Origin: an uncultured bacterium
GTDB taxonomy: Bacteria > Babelota > Babeliae > Babelales > Vermiphilaceae
DNA: 64,000 nucleotides
Reading direction: 5' to 3'
NCBI GenBank assembly: GCA_963702025.1
Contig: OY969699.1
Span: 320,001 to 384,000 of the forward strand
Both the position numbers and the translations under genes were made by a program. Positions 30,034-39,950 of the stretch are shown one piece after another. Below the pieces are notes generated by a model, which was not told the DNA's origin, did no database searches, and worked only from the letters and a program-made list of their open reading frames with translations. Numbering within the stretch: the first letter of the stretch is position 1; each line of letters begins with the position of its first letter.

Positions 30034-30346
30034 TGGTGGATAACTTGGTGGATAAGTGGTGGATAAGTGGTGGATAACTTTTTGTGAGTATCTGAATACG
30101 AAGATCCTTGGAGGCTTTCTCGCCCTAGAACACTCTTTAAGTTGCTTTAGTTCGGCCTAAAAGAAGGGGGGGCAAAAGTTATCCACAAGTTATCCACCAC
30201 TTATCCACCAAGTTATCCACCACTCGTCGAACATGCTATTTTGCTTTCTGATCAATGTATTGCGCGTTAACTGGCCAAGTTATCCACCAAAAAACAGCTC
30301 GCCTATTATTATTATAGTTAATATATATTTATATAAATAATAATAA
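30034..30346. other. Chromosomal replication origin (oriC) candidate
   Basis: Nine DnaA boxes TTATCCAC(C/A): reverse at 30035, 30047, 30058, 30069; forward at 30179, 30190, 30201, 30213, 30280. These are followed by GCTCGCC and an AT-only tract starting TATTATTATTA. Confidence 0.88.
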
Positions 30347-30500
30347 GCAAACCGGGTAGCCCTGCCTGTCTTACAAAACATATGTACGAAACTTGCGCAA
30401 AAAAATAGTTTGTACTAAACTAATTCAAAGTATCAAAAACAATTTCTCTATTTTTCTAAAAATAGTTCATCACGCATAACTCTATAGAAGGCAATTAACG

Positions 30501-31568
30501 GTGAAACTCACTGAAGTGATCGACGAGCTTGTTGAAGAACGTGGTCTAGATAGAAGTATTTTAAGTGGCATAGTATGCGAAGGCATGCTTGCAGCATATC
30601 AAAAAAAATATCCAGATTTAGCGCTCAACGTTAATTTCGATAAAAAAACCAATGAAATGGTTGTTCTCATTGAAAAAGAAGTGGTTTCCTCAGTTGAAGA
30701 TGAAGATCGAGAGATAACCCTTCGCAAAGCTCGCGTGTTCAACGAAAAAGTTGAGCTTGGTGACAAGACCTTTGTTCCCTTTGATGGTTCTATAGGTAGA
30801 ATTGAGATATTGCGTGCAAAACAAGTAATTGCCAACAGCATTCGCAAAATAGAAGCCTCGGCTGTTTACGAAGAGTTTAAAGACAAAGAAGGCACCATAA
30901 TTCACGGTACGGTGCATAAAAATGAGCGTGGCGGCGCTGTTATAAAAATTGGTGACACGCTGGCTTTCCTCCCTAAATCTCTTATGATTCCTGGGGAGAA
31001 ATGTGCTGCCGGATACACCATTCGAGCCCTTTTAAAAGAGGTTTTACCGGAGCCTCGTAATGACAATCAACTTATCTTGGATCGCGCTTCAGAACTATTC
31101 TTGCAACGTCTTTTTGAATTAGAGATTCCCGAGGTTTTTGAAAAATTAGTCGAAATAAAAAAAATAGTGCGTACACCAGGATATAAATCCAAGGTGGCCG
31201 TAATTTCAAATGACAAAAATATTGACCCGGTTGGTACCTGCGTGGGTATTGGCGGCGCGCGTATAAAGCCGGTGCTTAAAGAGCTAGGCGGCGAAAAAAT
31301 CGATATTATAGTTTGGAGCGATTCCCCGGAAATATTAGTTAGAGATTCTCTTAAGCCGGCTCAAATTAATCGAGTAGAGATTATTGATCAGCATAATTGT
31401 AACGTGTGGCTCAATGATGACCAGCGTTCGCTGGCAATCGGCAAAATGGGACAAAATATTTCATTAGCTTCCCGTTTGAGTGGATATGATATTCACTTGG
31501 TTAAAAGCGAGCCAAGCCAACAGGATTCAGCAGCTGAGATAGCTATTGACATAGAAGAATATGATTGA
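30501..31568 (+). CDS. nusA: Transcription termination/antitermination factor NusA
   Basis: GRIEILRAKQVI, FELEIPEV, R.PGYKSKVAV, DPVGTCVG, SLAIGKMGQN. Confidence 0.96.
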   Translation: MKLTEVIDELVEERGLDRSILSGIVCEGMLAAYQKKYPDLALNVNFDKKTNEMVVLIEKEVVSSVEDEDREITLRKARVFNEKVELGDKTFVPFDGSIGRIEILRAKQVIANSIRKIEASAVYEEFKDKEGTIIHGTVHKNERGGAVIKIGDTLAFLPKSLMIPGEKCAAGYTIRALLKEVLPEPRNDNQLILDRASELFLQRLFELEIPEVFEKLVEIKKIVRTPGYKSKVAVISNDKNIDPVGTCVGIGGARIKPVLKELGGEKIDIIVWSDSPEILVRDSLKPAQINRVEIIDQHNCNVWLNDDQRSLAIGKMGQNISLASRLSGYDIHLVKSEPSQQDSAAEIAIDIEEYD

Positions 31569-31598
31569 CGATTTTAATAGAAAGTGTCATGAAGGCCA

Positions 31599-33650
31599 AT
31601 GCGTGTATATGAGTTTGCAAAAAAGCATGAAGTTTCATCGAAAACATTAATTTCTCTATTGGCTGAGCAAGGATTCGTTGTTTCTAGCCACATGGCCGTG
31701 CTCCCTGACCAAGCATTAGAATTTCTCAATAAAAAGTTTAAAGAAAAATCTAACGTATCAGTCCAAGAAGAAAGAAATAATTTGGAAGCCAAACAAGGTA
31801 TATCACACACCCCTCCCGTCAAAGAGTCAATTCCCCTTGAAACCAAGCCTGTACGAGTAGCGGCTACTCAACTAACTGGAAAAAAAGAGCAGTATCTTGA
31901 GCAAGCACCTAAGGGCGTTCCGGAGAAAAAAAATCAGCTCACTTTGCAGCCATATATACTCTCGGATTTAGCTGAGTTGTTGTCAAAGACAACGAGCGAT
32001 TTGATTTTAGTCTTATTAAAATGGGGCATTCTTTCAAGTAAAAATCAACAACTTTCTGAAGAGCTTGTTGAAAGAATTGCTGTTCATTATGAAATCCCTA
32101 CAATAAAGAAAATTGAAAAGCCCAAAGATGAGCAACGGGTTGTTTCTGCTGCGTCCGGCGGACAATTAAAAGAGCGATTGCCGGTTGTTGTTGTAATGGG
32201 ACATGTGGATCATGGTAAAACAACGCTGCTCGATTTTATAAGAAAGTCTCGCGTGGCTGCCAAAGAAAAGGGCGGCATTACTCAACATCTTGGCGCTTAT
32301 GAGGCTAAAACACCTCAAGGAGATCTCGTTTTTATTGATACTCCTGGGCATGAAGCCTTTCCAAAAATTCGTATACGCGGCACAAAGGTTGCCGATCTAG
32401 TTATCTTGGTTGTAGCTGCCGATGATGGTGTTATGCCACAGACGATAGAAGCACTTAAGCATGCGCAAGGCATGAATGTCCCTATTATCGTGGCAATAAA
32501 TAAGATTGATAAAGTTGATAAAGCGCGCATTGATATTGTTAAAAGAGATCTGGCCACACAACATAATTTATTGCCTGAAGAATGGGGTGGGCAGACGGTC
32601 TATATGCCTATTTCGGCAAAGACTGGAGCGGGCATAGATAAATTGCTTGAAATGCTTGTGCTGCAATCGCAACTCATGGAATTAAAAACTGAAGCAGTTG
32701 GTCCGGCGCGAGGATTTATTCTTGAGTCAAAGTTAGAAAAAGGAAGAGGCGCTGTTGCAACAGTATTAACGCAACATGGTATTTTATCGGTCGGCGATTA
32801 CTTTGTTGCAGGAAAAACAACGGGGAAAATTAGCTCCATGGTTGATTCTTTTGGCAGACGCGTTGACAATGTTGCGGCTTCTCATCCGGTTCAAGTTGCA
32901 GGCTTCAATGAGTTGCCTGAGGCGGGCGATTATTTTGAGATAGTTGATAAAGATACCTATTTAAAAACAAAAAATGTTTTTGCGGGCCAAAAGCATCCAA
33001 CGCTGGCCCGTGCAATGAACGCAGAAAATGCGGTAACGCTTATTGTTAAAACCGATACCAATTCCTCAAAAGAGGCGCTTTTGGAATCAATCGGTAAATT
33101 GTCCAAAAAAAGCGAAAAGCCATTTATTATTTTACAATCGGGTATTGGTAATGTTACCGAGTCCGATGTAATGCTTGCTGCTGATACCAACTCGCGCATT
33201 ATAACTTTGCATGTAAAGGCGGAGAGTAATGCCACAAATTTAGCACAGCGCAACGAAGTATCAATACATTCCTTTGATATCATTTATAAATTACTCGAGT
33301 TTTTACAAGATCTTCTAAAAAGCTTAGAGCCGGTAAAAACAGTAAAAGTAAAAACTGGTGAAGCCTTTGTTCGCAAAGTATTTGATATAAAAAACATCGG
33401 AGTGATTGCTGGCTGCTATGTAAAACAAGGCGTTCTTTCGCGAGATGGCCAAGTTGTAATCTGGCGTGGATCCAAAAAAATCGGCGAAGGTAAAATCTTG
33501 AGTCTGCAACGTGACAAAAATACCGTTAAAGAAGTTCATGCCGGTTTCGAGTGTGCCTTTACGGTTGAAGATTTTAAAGATTGGCAGATCGACGATCGGA
33601 TTGAATGTTTTGTGGAACGAGCAGAACAACAACCCAAGAAATCTAATTAA
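31599..33650 (+). CDS. infB: Translation initiation factor IF-2
   Basis: MRVYEFAK N-terminus, GHVDHGKTTLLD, DTPGHEAF, NKID, EVHAGFECA. Confidence 0.97.
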   Translation: MRVYEFAKKHEVSSKTLISLLAEQGFVVSSHMAVLPDQALEFLNKKFKEKSNVSVQEERNNLEAKQGISHTPPVKESIPLETKPVRVAATQLTGKKEQYLEQAPKGVPEKKNQLTLQPYILSDLAELLSKTTSDLILVLLKWGILSSKNQQLSEELVERIAVHYEIPTIKKIEKPKDEQRVVSAASGGQLKERLPVVVVMGHVDHGKTTLLDFIRKSRVAAKEKGGITQHLGAYEAKTPQGDLVFIDTPGHEAFPKIRIRGTKVADLVILVVAADDGVMPQTIEALKHAQGMNVPIIVAINKIDKVDKARIDIVKRDLATQHNLLPEEWGGQTVYMPISAKTGAGIDKLLEMLVLQSQLMELKTEAVGPARGFILESKLEKGRGAVATVLTQHGILSVGDYFVAGKTTGKISSMVDSFGRRVDNVAASHPVQVAGFNELPEAGDYFEIVDKDTYLKTKNVFAGQKHPTLARAMNAENAVTLIVKTDTNSSKEALLESIGKLSKKSEKPFIILQSGIGNVTESDVMLAADTNSRIITLHVKAESNATNLAQRNEVSIHSFDIIYKLLEFLQDLLKSLEPVKTVKVKTGEAFVRKVFDIKNIGVIAGCYVKQGVLSRDGQVVIWRGSKKIGEGKILSLQRDKNTVKEVHAGFECAFTVEDFKDWQIDDRIECFVERAEQQPKKSN

Positions 33651-34049
33651 TTAGCACCTTTCTTCCTTTTATCCAATTCATCTAAATAACAGTCTATTAT
33701 TAACAAAGAGCTTTTTTGCTGTCTAAAAATTTTTTGTTGCAATTTTGTTGTTTTTTGAAAAAATAATCACGAAAATCAAAAAAACACGGTAAAACAGCAC
33801 TTTTGTTGTTGTTGCACAAAGAGCCTAAAGAGAATTTGTTGTTTTTTGTTGTTTTTGTATCAGAATTGATATCGCCTTTGATTGACATTTAGTTGCTCCT
33901 TCAACAAATAGGTCAAAGGACGTATGGTTAGATGCACTGCTTGTTGAGAAAGTAATAGATAATCAGCTTTAGGGATTACTACAATTTCTTCCTAGCTCAA
34001 AATAACTTTAAGGCTGTTATCTATTACTTTACTCACCTTTCTATACGAT

Positions 34050-34949
34050 TCACTCAACCCCCAAAAGCTCTTTAGTCTTATCGGTCAGTAAAGATTTAAT
34101 TGTTTCCATATTCATTTTGTCTTCAGTAAATGGTTCTTTGGTAACTTTTGGAGTTTCCAGGATTTTTGGGATATCAAAAAAGCGCTCATCATTAAATAAT
34201 AGTTCAAATGGCGTAAGCCCTAACTGCCCCTTGCCGATATGTTCATGGCGATCTATATGGCTATCGAGGCCTTTTTTAGAATCATTTACATGAATTACCT
34301 TTAAATAATTAAGCCCTATTGTTTCATCAAATGATTTCCACATTTTTTCATACGTGGCAGAAGTTCTAAAATCATAACCAGCAACAAATGCATGGCAGGT
34401 GTCAAAACAGACGCCCAATCTTTTCTTGTGGCGAGAGTCATCAATAAGTGTTGCAATCTGTTCAAAAGAAGAGCAGAGAGACGAACCTTGTCCGGCCATT
34501 GTTTCTAAGGCGATCATTGTTTTTGCCGAAGAACTTTCCAGTACTTCTTCAAGGTTGTTGTGCAGTCGCCGCATACCATCTTGTATGGTTCCGTTACCGT
34601 AAGATCCGGGGTGCAGCACAAGAAATGGTATTGCTAATTCGTCGCAACGCGCAAGCTCATCTATGAGAGCTTTCACCGATTGTTGGACTATTTTTGGATC
34701 TACCGATGCAATATTGATGAGGTATGTTGCATGTGCTACAACCGGATAAATGCAAGAGTCGGCCGCCGTTTTTCTAAAGAGTGAAATTTGCTCATGGTCC
34801 AGTGACTTAGCGCGCCATTGGCGATTGCTTTTGGTAAAAATCTGTATCGTAGTGCAGCCAATTGATTCGCCCCGTTCTATTGATTCTTCTAGCCCACCGG
34901 CAATAGACATATGTGCGCCTAAGAGCAGGCGATGTTTTTTCAAGACCAT
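34050..34949 (-). CDS. nfo: Endonuclease IV
   Basis: GAHMSIAGG, HATYLIN, LHPGS, LETMAGQG, DTCH, DRHEHIG, ILETP. Probable start MVLKK at 34949. Confidence 0.95.
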   Translation of the reverse strand: MVLKKHRLLLGAHMSIAGGLEESIERGESIGCTTIQIFTKSNRQWRAKSLDHEQISLFRKTAADSCIYPVVAHATYLINIASVDPKIVQQSVKALIDELARCDELAIPFLVLHPGSYGNGTIQDGMRRLHNNLEEVLESSSAKTMIALETMAGQGSSLCSSFEQIATLIDDSRHKKRLGVCFDTCHAFVAGYDFRTSATYEKMWKSFDETIGLNYLKVIHVNDSKKGLDSHIDRHEHIGKGQLGLTPFELLFNDERFFDIPKILETPKVTKEPFTEDKMNMETIKSLLTDKTKELLGVE

Positions 34950-35153
34950 TAATATTCCTTTTATAGCAATAATATTTGACAAAAAAGTTGGTTAAAGTAC
35001 CCTATTTACTGTAGAAAACTCAGTTGTAATCACATAATCAATGTATCACAACCGCTAGTTTTTTCCCCCCGTAATAATTAATATCCCCCAACAAAAAAGC
35101 TTCCAGAAGAAGTTTTGCTTTTTACTGCAGTGGCAGTATTGGCAGGAGTTAGC

Positions 35154-37154
35154 ATGATCTTTTCTAAAAAAATAATAATGCCCCTCATCGCCCTTTTTAG
35201 CTTGTTCTATTTATCCGAGGTGGATGCAAAAAGTTGTTTGCTGCATAAAAAAGATTGTGACATTGAAATTGATGTATGGGGATTTTTTAGACCGGAAGTA
35301 TTTGCGGGAAAAAATTTTAATCTACTCAATAAAAGTATTCACCAAGATACGATTTTCTATTTCAGGCACACCAATGACTACTTTCTTGATTTAATCTATG
35401 GCAAAGAAACATATGGATGTCCGGCAGTAGAATTTAAGACCTCTGTACGTAATCGCGCAGTCTGGGGAAGCCCAAGCACTATTGCCTTAACCCTGCCAAC
35501 TACGCCGCGCATTGCAAAGATCGATGCGGGTGAGCATAACCACGCATTCCCACGGCTTTTCTTTTGGATGAGAGAAGTGTGGCTTAAGTTATCGCTTTCT
35601 GAATTGCTTAAGATGGATCTTAGTTGTGATCACAGCTTTACCCTTGGAGCATTTTCTTTTGAACTGGGCCGCGGTATTGCGTTGGGTGCTGCGTATGCTA
35701 TTGGTCAGGGGCCCCTTGGCTTTTATTCAGATGCCATGATCGATCAGTTTGCCTTTGGCTTTAAATATTCTGGCGGGTTCCTTAAAGATGTTCTGACATA
35801 TGATATTTATGGCGCTTTGTTGCAAAGTAGAAGCAATTCATTTAGTGAAACAAATAGGCCGATTCTTGCTAATGAGATTGGACATCGCGATCACCCAGCA
35901 CGTGGGTTTGGCAAAGATAACTACCTGATTGCCGGCCGCTTAAACTGGACCGTGTGCAATTCTGATGAATATGGCACCCTAGCATTTGAACCATATATGT
36001 TATATAACAATGATCCTGAGCAAAAAGTTGAGTTTCAGGCAGATGCTAAAAGCCAACTATGTACCCTTGGTTTTGCAGGAGAATATGTTAAGGGTCCTTT
36101 TGAATGTGGATTTGATGCAGCCTTTAACCGTGGCCATCAAACAGTCTTGCCATGGGATAGAAATCAGATCGTTCTTGAAAATTTTAATGGGATGATTGTT
36201 GGAGTAAATAATCACGTTAAAATTGAAAATGATAATGAGTTCCCTCAATATAATGGGCTAAAAGCGCCAAATGTTCCCGGCAGCAATGCGCAAAAAGCGA
36301 TTGACGCGCAAAATGCCGATGGAAATTCCAATTTTAATGGGCAGCCGGTACCTGGCGCGCAACAGTTGCAAGGTCTTGGGTACGCGCAGGGGACGCTGGA
36401 TCTAGTCAATGGAAAGTATAGGTTCCGCAACCGTAAAGTGAATGGTTATCAGGGCTGGATGTTTGTTGCGGATGCTTCCTATTGGGTATATAAAAATAAT
36501 GTGCAAGTGGCGGTAACTGGGGGTTATGCTTCTGGAGATCAAGATCCCAATTATCATCACAATGATCATGAATTTAATGGATTCATTGGATTGCAAGAAG
36601 TCTATGCAGGTAAACGGGTGAAAAGTGTATTCTTATTAGGAACCGTTGGCAAGGTGCGCCGTCCGGGTACGCAGCCTGAGTTGCCCTATGCTGATAAAGA
36701 TTACACCTCGGGGTATTCTGGATTTACCAACCTTGCATTCTTTGGTGCCGGCACCACGTGGAAGCCAAGTTTCTGCAGTAGTGAAAGTCGTGTGGTGATT
36801 AACCCGAACGTTTTTGCTTATTGGGCACCGCATCCGGGCCACAAATTTAACCCGTTCACTGGCAGAAATATTAAAGGTCTGCTTGCGGGCAAGTATATGG
36901 GAACCGAAGTAAACGCATTCTTAAGCTACTATCCGCTTGAAAGTGTAAAATGTTTTGTTATAGGCTCAGTATTTGTGCCGGGCCAATTTTTTACTGACCA
37001 TCGTGGCAAGCCGTTTAATACTGATGAGAAGAAGGAGCTCGATGCATGGCGGGAAAAGAATCCGAATCCGGAAAAAGCTGACTTTGGCACTTTGCCAAAT
37101 ATCCGCGATGATATTGGATATACCATTAATATTGGCGTGGAATTTGCTTTCTAA
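35154..37154 (+). CDS. Outer-membrane beta-barrel protein (porin-like)
   Basis: Signal peptide, aromatic/Gly-rich alternating strands, C-terminal beta-signal INIGVEFAF, own terminator. Confidence 0.75.
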   Translation: MIFSKKIIMPLIALFSLFYLSEVDAKSCLLHKKDCDIEIDVWGFFRPEVFAGKNFNLLNKSIHQDTIFYFRHTNDYFLDLIYGKETYGCPAVEFKTSVRNRAVWGSPSTIALTLPTTPRIAKIDAGEHNHAFPRLFFWMREVWLKLSLSELLKMDLSCDHSFTLGAFSFELGRGIALGAAYAIGQGPLGFYSDAMIDQFAFGFKYSGGFLKDVLTYDIYGALLQSRSNSFSETNRPILANEIGHRDHPARGFGKDNYLIAGRLNWTVCNSDEYGTLAFEPYMLYNNDPEQKVEFQADAKSQLCTLGFAGEYVKGPFECGFDAAFNRGHQTVLPWDRNQIVLENFNGMIVGVNNHVKIENDNEFPQYNGLKAPNVPGSNAQKAIDAQNADGNSNFNGQPVPGAQQLQGLGYAQGTLDLVNGKYRFRNRKVNGYQGWMFVADASYWVYKNNVQVAVTGGYASGDQDPNYHHNDHEFNGFIGLQEVYAGKRVKSVFLLGTVGKVRRPGTQPELPYADKDYTSGYSGFTNLAFFGAGTTWKPSFCSSESRVVINPNVFAYWAPHPGHKFNPFTGRNIKGLLAGKYMGTEVNAFLSYYPLESVKCFVIGSVFVPGQFFTDHRGKPFNTDEKKELDAWREKNPNPEKADFGTLPNIRDDIGYTINIGVEFAF

Positions 37155-37162
37155 AGATTAAT

Positions 37163-37189
37163 AAGCCCCCGCAGGATCCGGGGCTTTTC
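37163..37189 (+). terminator. Intrinsic terminator
   Basis: AAGCCCC..GGGGCTT hairpin followed by T-run. Confidence 0.7.
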
Positions 37190-37204
37190 TGTTAATGAAA
37201 AATT

Positions 37205-38080
37205 ATGAAGAAAAAAATATTTTCTCTCATTGCTTTATGTTTTTTTAATGTTCTCGATGCTATGGAGATGCTACAAACGGGAAGTTTAAAAAAAGATAAT
37301 GTTCGTCATCAAGTGAGAAAATATAATGCAGAAGCCACTGAATCTTTAAAAAAAATTATTCGCAAATGGAGTAAATCGGACTCTAATAAACGTTTTCAAG
37401 ATATCAAAAAATGCATTGAAGCAGATGCAGATCCAAATTGTGAAACTAAAGGGAGATTTGCTTTATCGCGCGCGGTGGTTTGCAAGGAATATGGACTCAT
37501 GTGCTATTTATTGCAGAACGGTGCCGACCCTGATCACGTTGGGCAATTGGGGACTACTGCTTTAAGAAGTGCTGCCTCTTTAGGAGATAAGCAGGCTTTG
37601 CAAATATTGTTTGAATCTGGTGCGGATGTGAATATACGAAGAAGGTCATTTGGGGATTATGGCGCTTTGTTTCAAGCAATTTCTCAAAGAAAATCAGAAA
37701 TTGCCGTTTGTTTGTATCAGAATGGCGGTCGATTTGATTTAAAAGGAGAAGGGCATGCTCATATCTTAACCACATGTATTACCTACTATGATGATCAGGC
37801 TTTGCAATTTCTACTTGATCAGGTTCATTGTGACCCAAACTCTAAAATGTATCCCATTATTACTTATAATAATGAGCCTGTGCATCTTACGCTATTGCAA
37901 TGTGCAGCAACTTTAATACATAAAAGAACAAAAAAAATAGTACAGGTATTACTCGATAGTGGGGCTGATTTGATGCTTAAAAGCTCGAATGGAATGAATG
38001 CGTTGGATTATGCAACGAAATGCAATAACTATCCTATCATGCAGTTATTAAAATCATATTTGCCTGAGAAGATACCTTAA
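37205..38080 (+). CDS. Secreted ankyrin-repeat protein
   Basis: Signal peptide; LLQNGADPD, GTTALRSAA, GADVN, GMNALDYA. Confidence 0.88.
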   Translation: MKKKIFSLIALCFFNVLDAMEMLQTGSLKKDNVRHQVRKYNAEATESLKKIIRKWSKSDSNKRFQDIKKCIEADADPNCETKGRFALSRAVVCKEYGLMCYLLQNGADPDHVGQLGTTALRSAASLGDKQALQILFESGADVNIRRRSFGDYGALFQAISQRKSEIAVCLYQNGGRFDLKGEGHAHILTTCITYYDDQALQFLLDQVHCDPNSKMYPIITYNNEPVHLTLLQCAATLIHKRTKKIVQVLLDSGADLMLKSSNGMNALDYATKCNNYPIMQLLKSYLPEKIP

Positions 38081-38178
38081 ATTAAGCCCTTTCTTAACAA
38101 TAGATTGCAAGCATGCTAAGCTAAAAAAAAGCTTTTAAAACTATAATATATTCCTCGAATTTCTAAGGTATAAAAACA

Positions 38179-39945
38179 ATGCAATATGCGCGAACCGCGA
38201 GTTGCGGATTAATTACGGCAGATCATTTAAATAAAGTAGTAGATGTTTGTGGCTGGGTTGATCGGCGCAGGGATCACGGGGGTTTAATTTTTATCGATCT
38301 TCGGGATCGGTCTGGCATTGTGCAATTGGTTTTTAATCCCGATTTTTCAAAAGAGGCCCATACGTTGGCCCATTCTTTGCGTTCAGAATTTGTAATTTCA
38401 GCTCGTGGCACGGTGGTTAAAAGAACGGCTGAAACAATTAATAAAGATTTGCCTACCGGCCAATTTGAAGTGCATGTTAATCAATTAACCATTTTGAATA
38501 AAGCGAAGACGTTGCCCTTTACGCTGGAAGAGGCGGATAAGGTGGATGAAGAGCTACGGCTTAAATATCGTTATCTAGACTTGCGCCGCCCAAAGATGCG
38601 TATTGGGTTGGAATTACGCAATCAGGTATTTTTTGCTATGCGTGAATTTCTTCATGCGCGCGGTTTTTTTGAGGTCGAAACCCCGATATTAACAAAAAAC
38701 ACTCCCGAAGGAGCACGTGAATTTGTGGTGCCTTCACGAATTCATCAAGGCTCATTTTATGCGTTGCCGCAGTCTCCGCAATTATATAAACAACTATTGA
38801 TGGCGGGTGGCATCGAAAAATATTATCAAATTGCGCGTTGTTTCCGTGATGAAGATTTACGTGCTGACCGACAACCGGAATTTACGCAACTTGATATGGA
38901 AATGTCGTTTGTGCAGGAGAGCGATATTCAGGAAACTATTGAACAATTGCTCAAAACAATTTGGAAAAAAGCGTTGGACATTGAAATTAAAACGCCATTT
39001 GCCCGCATGACTTATGATCAGGCATTTTCATTTTATGGGTCAGATAAGCCCGATTTGCGTTTTGAACTTAAAATATCAGATGTAACTTCTTTATTTGAAA
39101 ATACCGAACTTAAATTCATAAAAGCGGTGCTTGAAAGAAAGGGCAAAATCGGCGCACTGCATGTTGCTGATTATGAATTTGCCCGATCTGAACTGGATGC
39201 CACGGTTGATAAAGCAACCCAATTGGGAGCTAAAGGTCTCTTGTGGATTCGTTTTAAAGATGGTGTGGTTGATTCGCCTGTTGCAAAATTTTTACCTGCA
39301 GACTTCTTTGAGCGGGCAAAACAACTGTTTGGTAATTTGACCCACAAAAGCACGCTCTTTCTTATCGCCGGACCTTATGACCAAGCATGGACCCTTTTGG
39401 GCCGTTTGCGTCTGGAACTGGCTCATAAACTTAATCTAATTCCCCATCATGAGTTTAATTTCTCTTGGGTTACCGATTTTCCTATGTTTGAATATGATGC
39501 CGAAAGCAAGCGCTGGAATGCCATGCACCATCCATTTACCAGCCCACAAGAGGGCTGGGAAAATAAGCCCACGGGTGAAGTTAAAGCCCGCGCATATGAT
39601 GTGGTGCTCAACGGCATAGAGCTTGGCGGCGGTTCGATTCGTATTCATGATGCAACGGTGCAAGATAAAGTTTTTGAGGTCCTTGGATTAACCAAAGAGC
39701 AAGTGCAGGCAAAATTTGGATTCTTGCTTGAAGCGCAAGAACTTGGGTTTCCGCCCCATGGCGGCATAGCCTTGGGGCTTGATCGTTTAGTGATGCTGAT
39801 GCTCAGAGCGTCATCGATTCGTGAAGTGATCGCCTTCCCTAAAACGGCTCGCGGCATTGATCCGATGATGGAAGCACCCAGCCCAATTGAGCCAGAAAAA
39901 TTAAAAGAATATGGGCTTAATTTGCTGCCGCGCAAAAAAGATTAA
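38179..39945 (+). CDS. aspS: Aspartate--tRNA(Asp/Asn) ligase, probably non-discriminating
   Basis: GWVDRRRDHGGLIFIDLRD, YALPQSPQLYKQ, CFRDEDLRADRQPEF, PPHGGIALGLDR. Confidence 0.97.
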   Translation: MQYARTASCGLITADHLNKVVDVCGWVDRRRDHGGLIFIDLRDRSGIVQLVFNPDFSKEAHTLAHSLRSEFVISARGTVVKRTAETINKDLPTGQFEVHVNQLTILNKAKTLPFTLEEADKVDEELRLKYRYLDLRRPKMRIGLELRNQVFFAMREFLHARGFFEVETPILTKNTPEGAREFVVPSRIHQGSFYALPQSPQLYKQLLMAGGIEKYYQIARCFRDEDLRADRQPEFTQLDMEMSFVQESDIQETIEQLLKTIWKKALDIEIKTPFARMTYDQAFSFYGSDKPDLRFELKISDVTSLFENTELKFIKAVLERKGKIGALHVADYEFARSELDATVDKATQLGAKGLLWIRFKDGVVDSPVAKFLPADFFERAKQLFGNLTHKSTLFLIAGPYDQAWTLLGRLRLELAHKLNLIPHHEFNFSWVTDFPMFEYDAESKRWNAMHHPFTSPQEGWENKPTGEVKARAYDVVLNGIELGGGSIRIHDATVQDKVFEVLGLTKEQVQAKFGFLLEAQELGFPPHGGIALGLDRLVMLMLRASSIREVIAFPKTARGIDPMMEAPSPIEPEKLKEYGLNLLPRKKD

Positions 39946-39950
39946 ACAGA

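Noticed and set aside
30034..30290. Short regularly spaced repeats as a CRISPR array or plasmid iterons
   Set aside because: Units are 9 bp with 2-3 bp gaps and match DnaA boxes; no unique spacers, cas genes or rep gene.
33700..33888. 62-aa minus-strand ORF after infB
   Set aside because: Translation simply reflects low-complexity TTGTTG repeats; no resemblance to RbfA.
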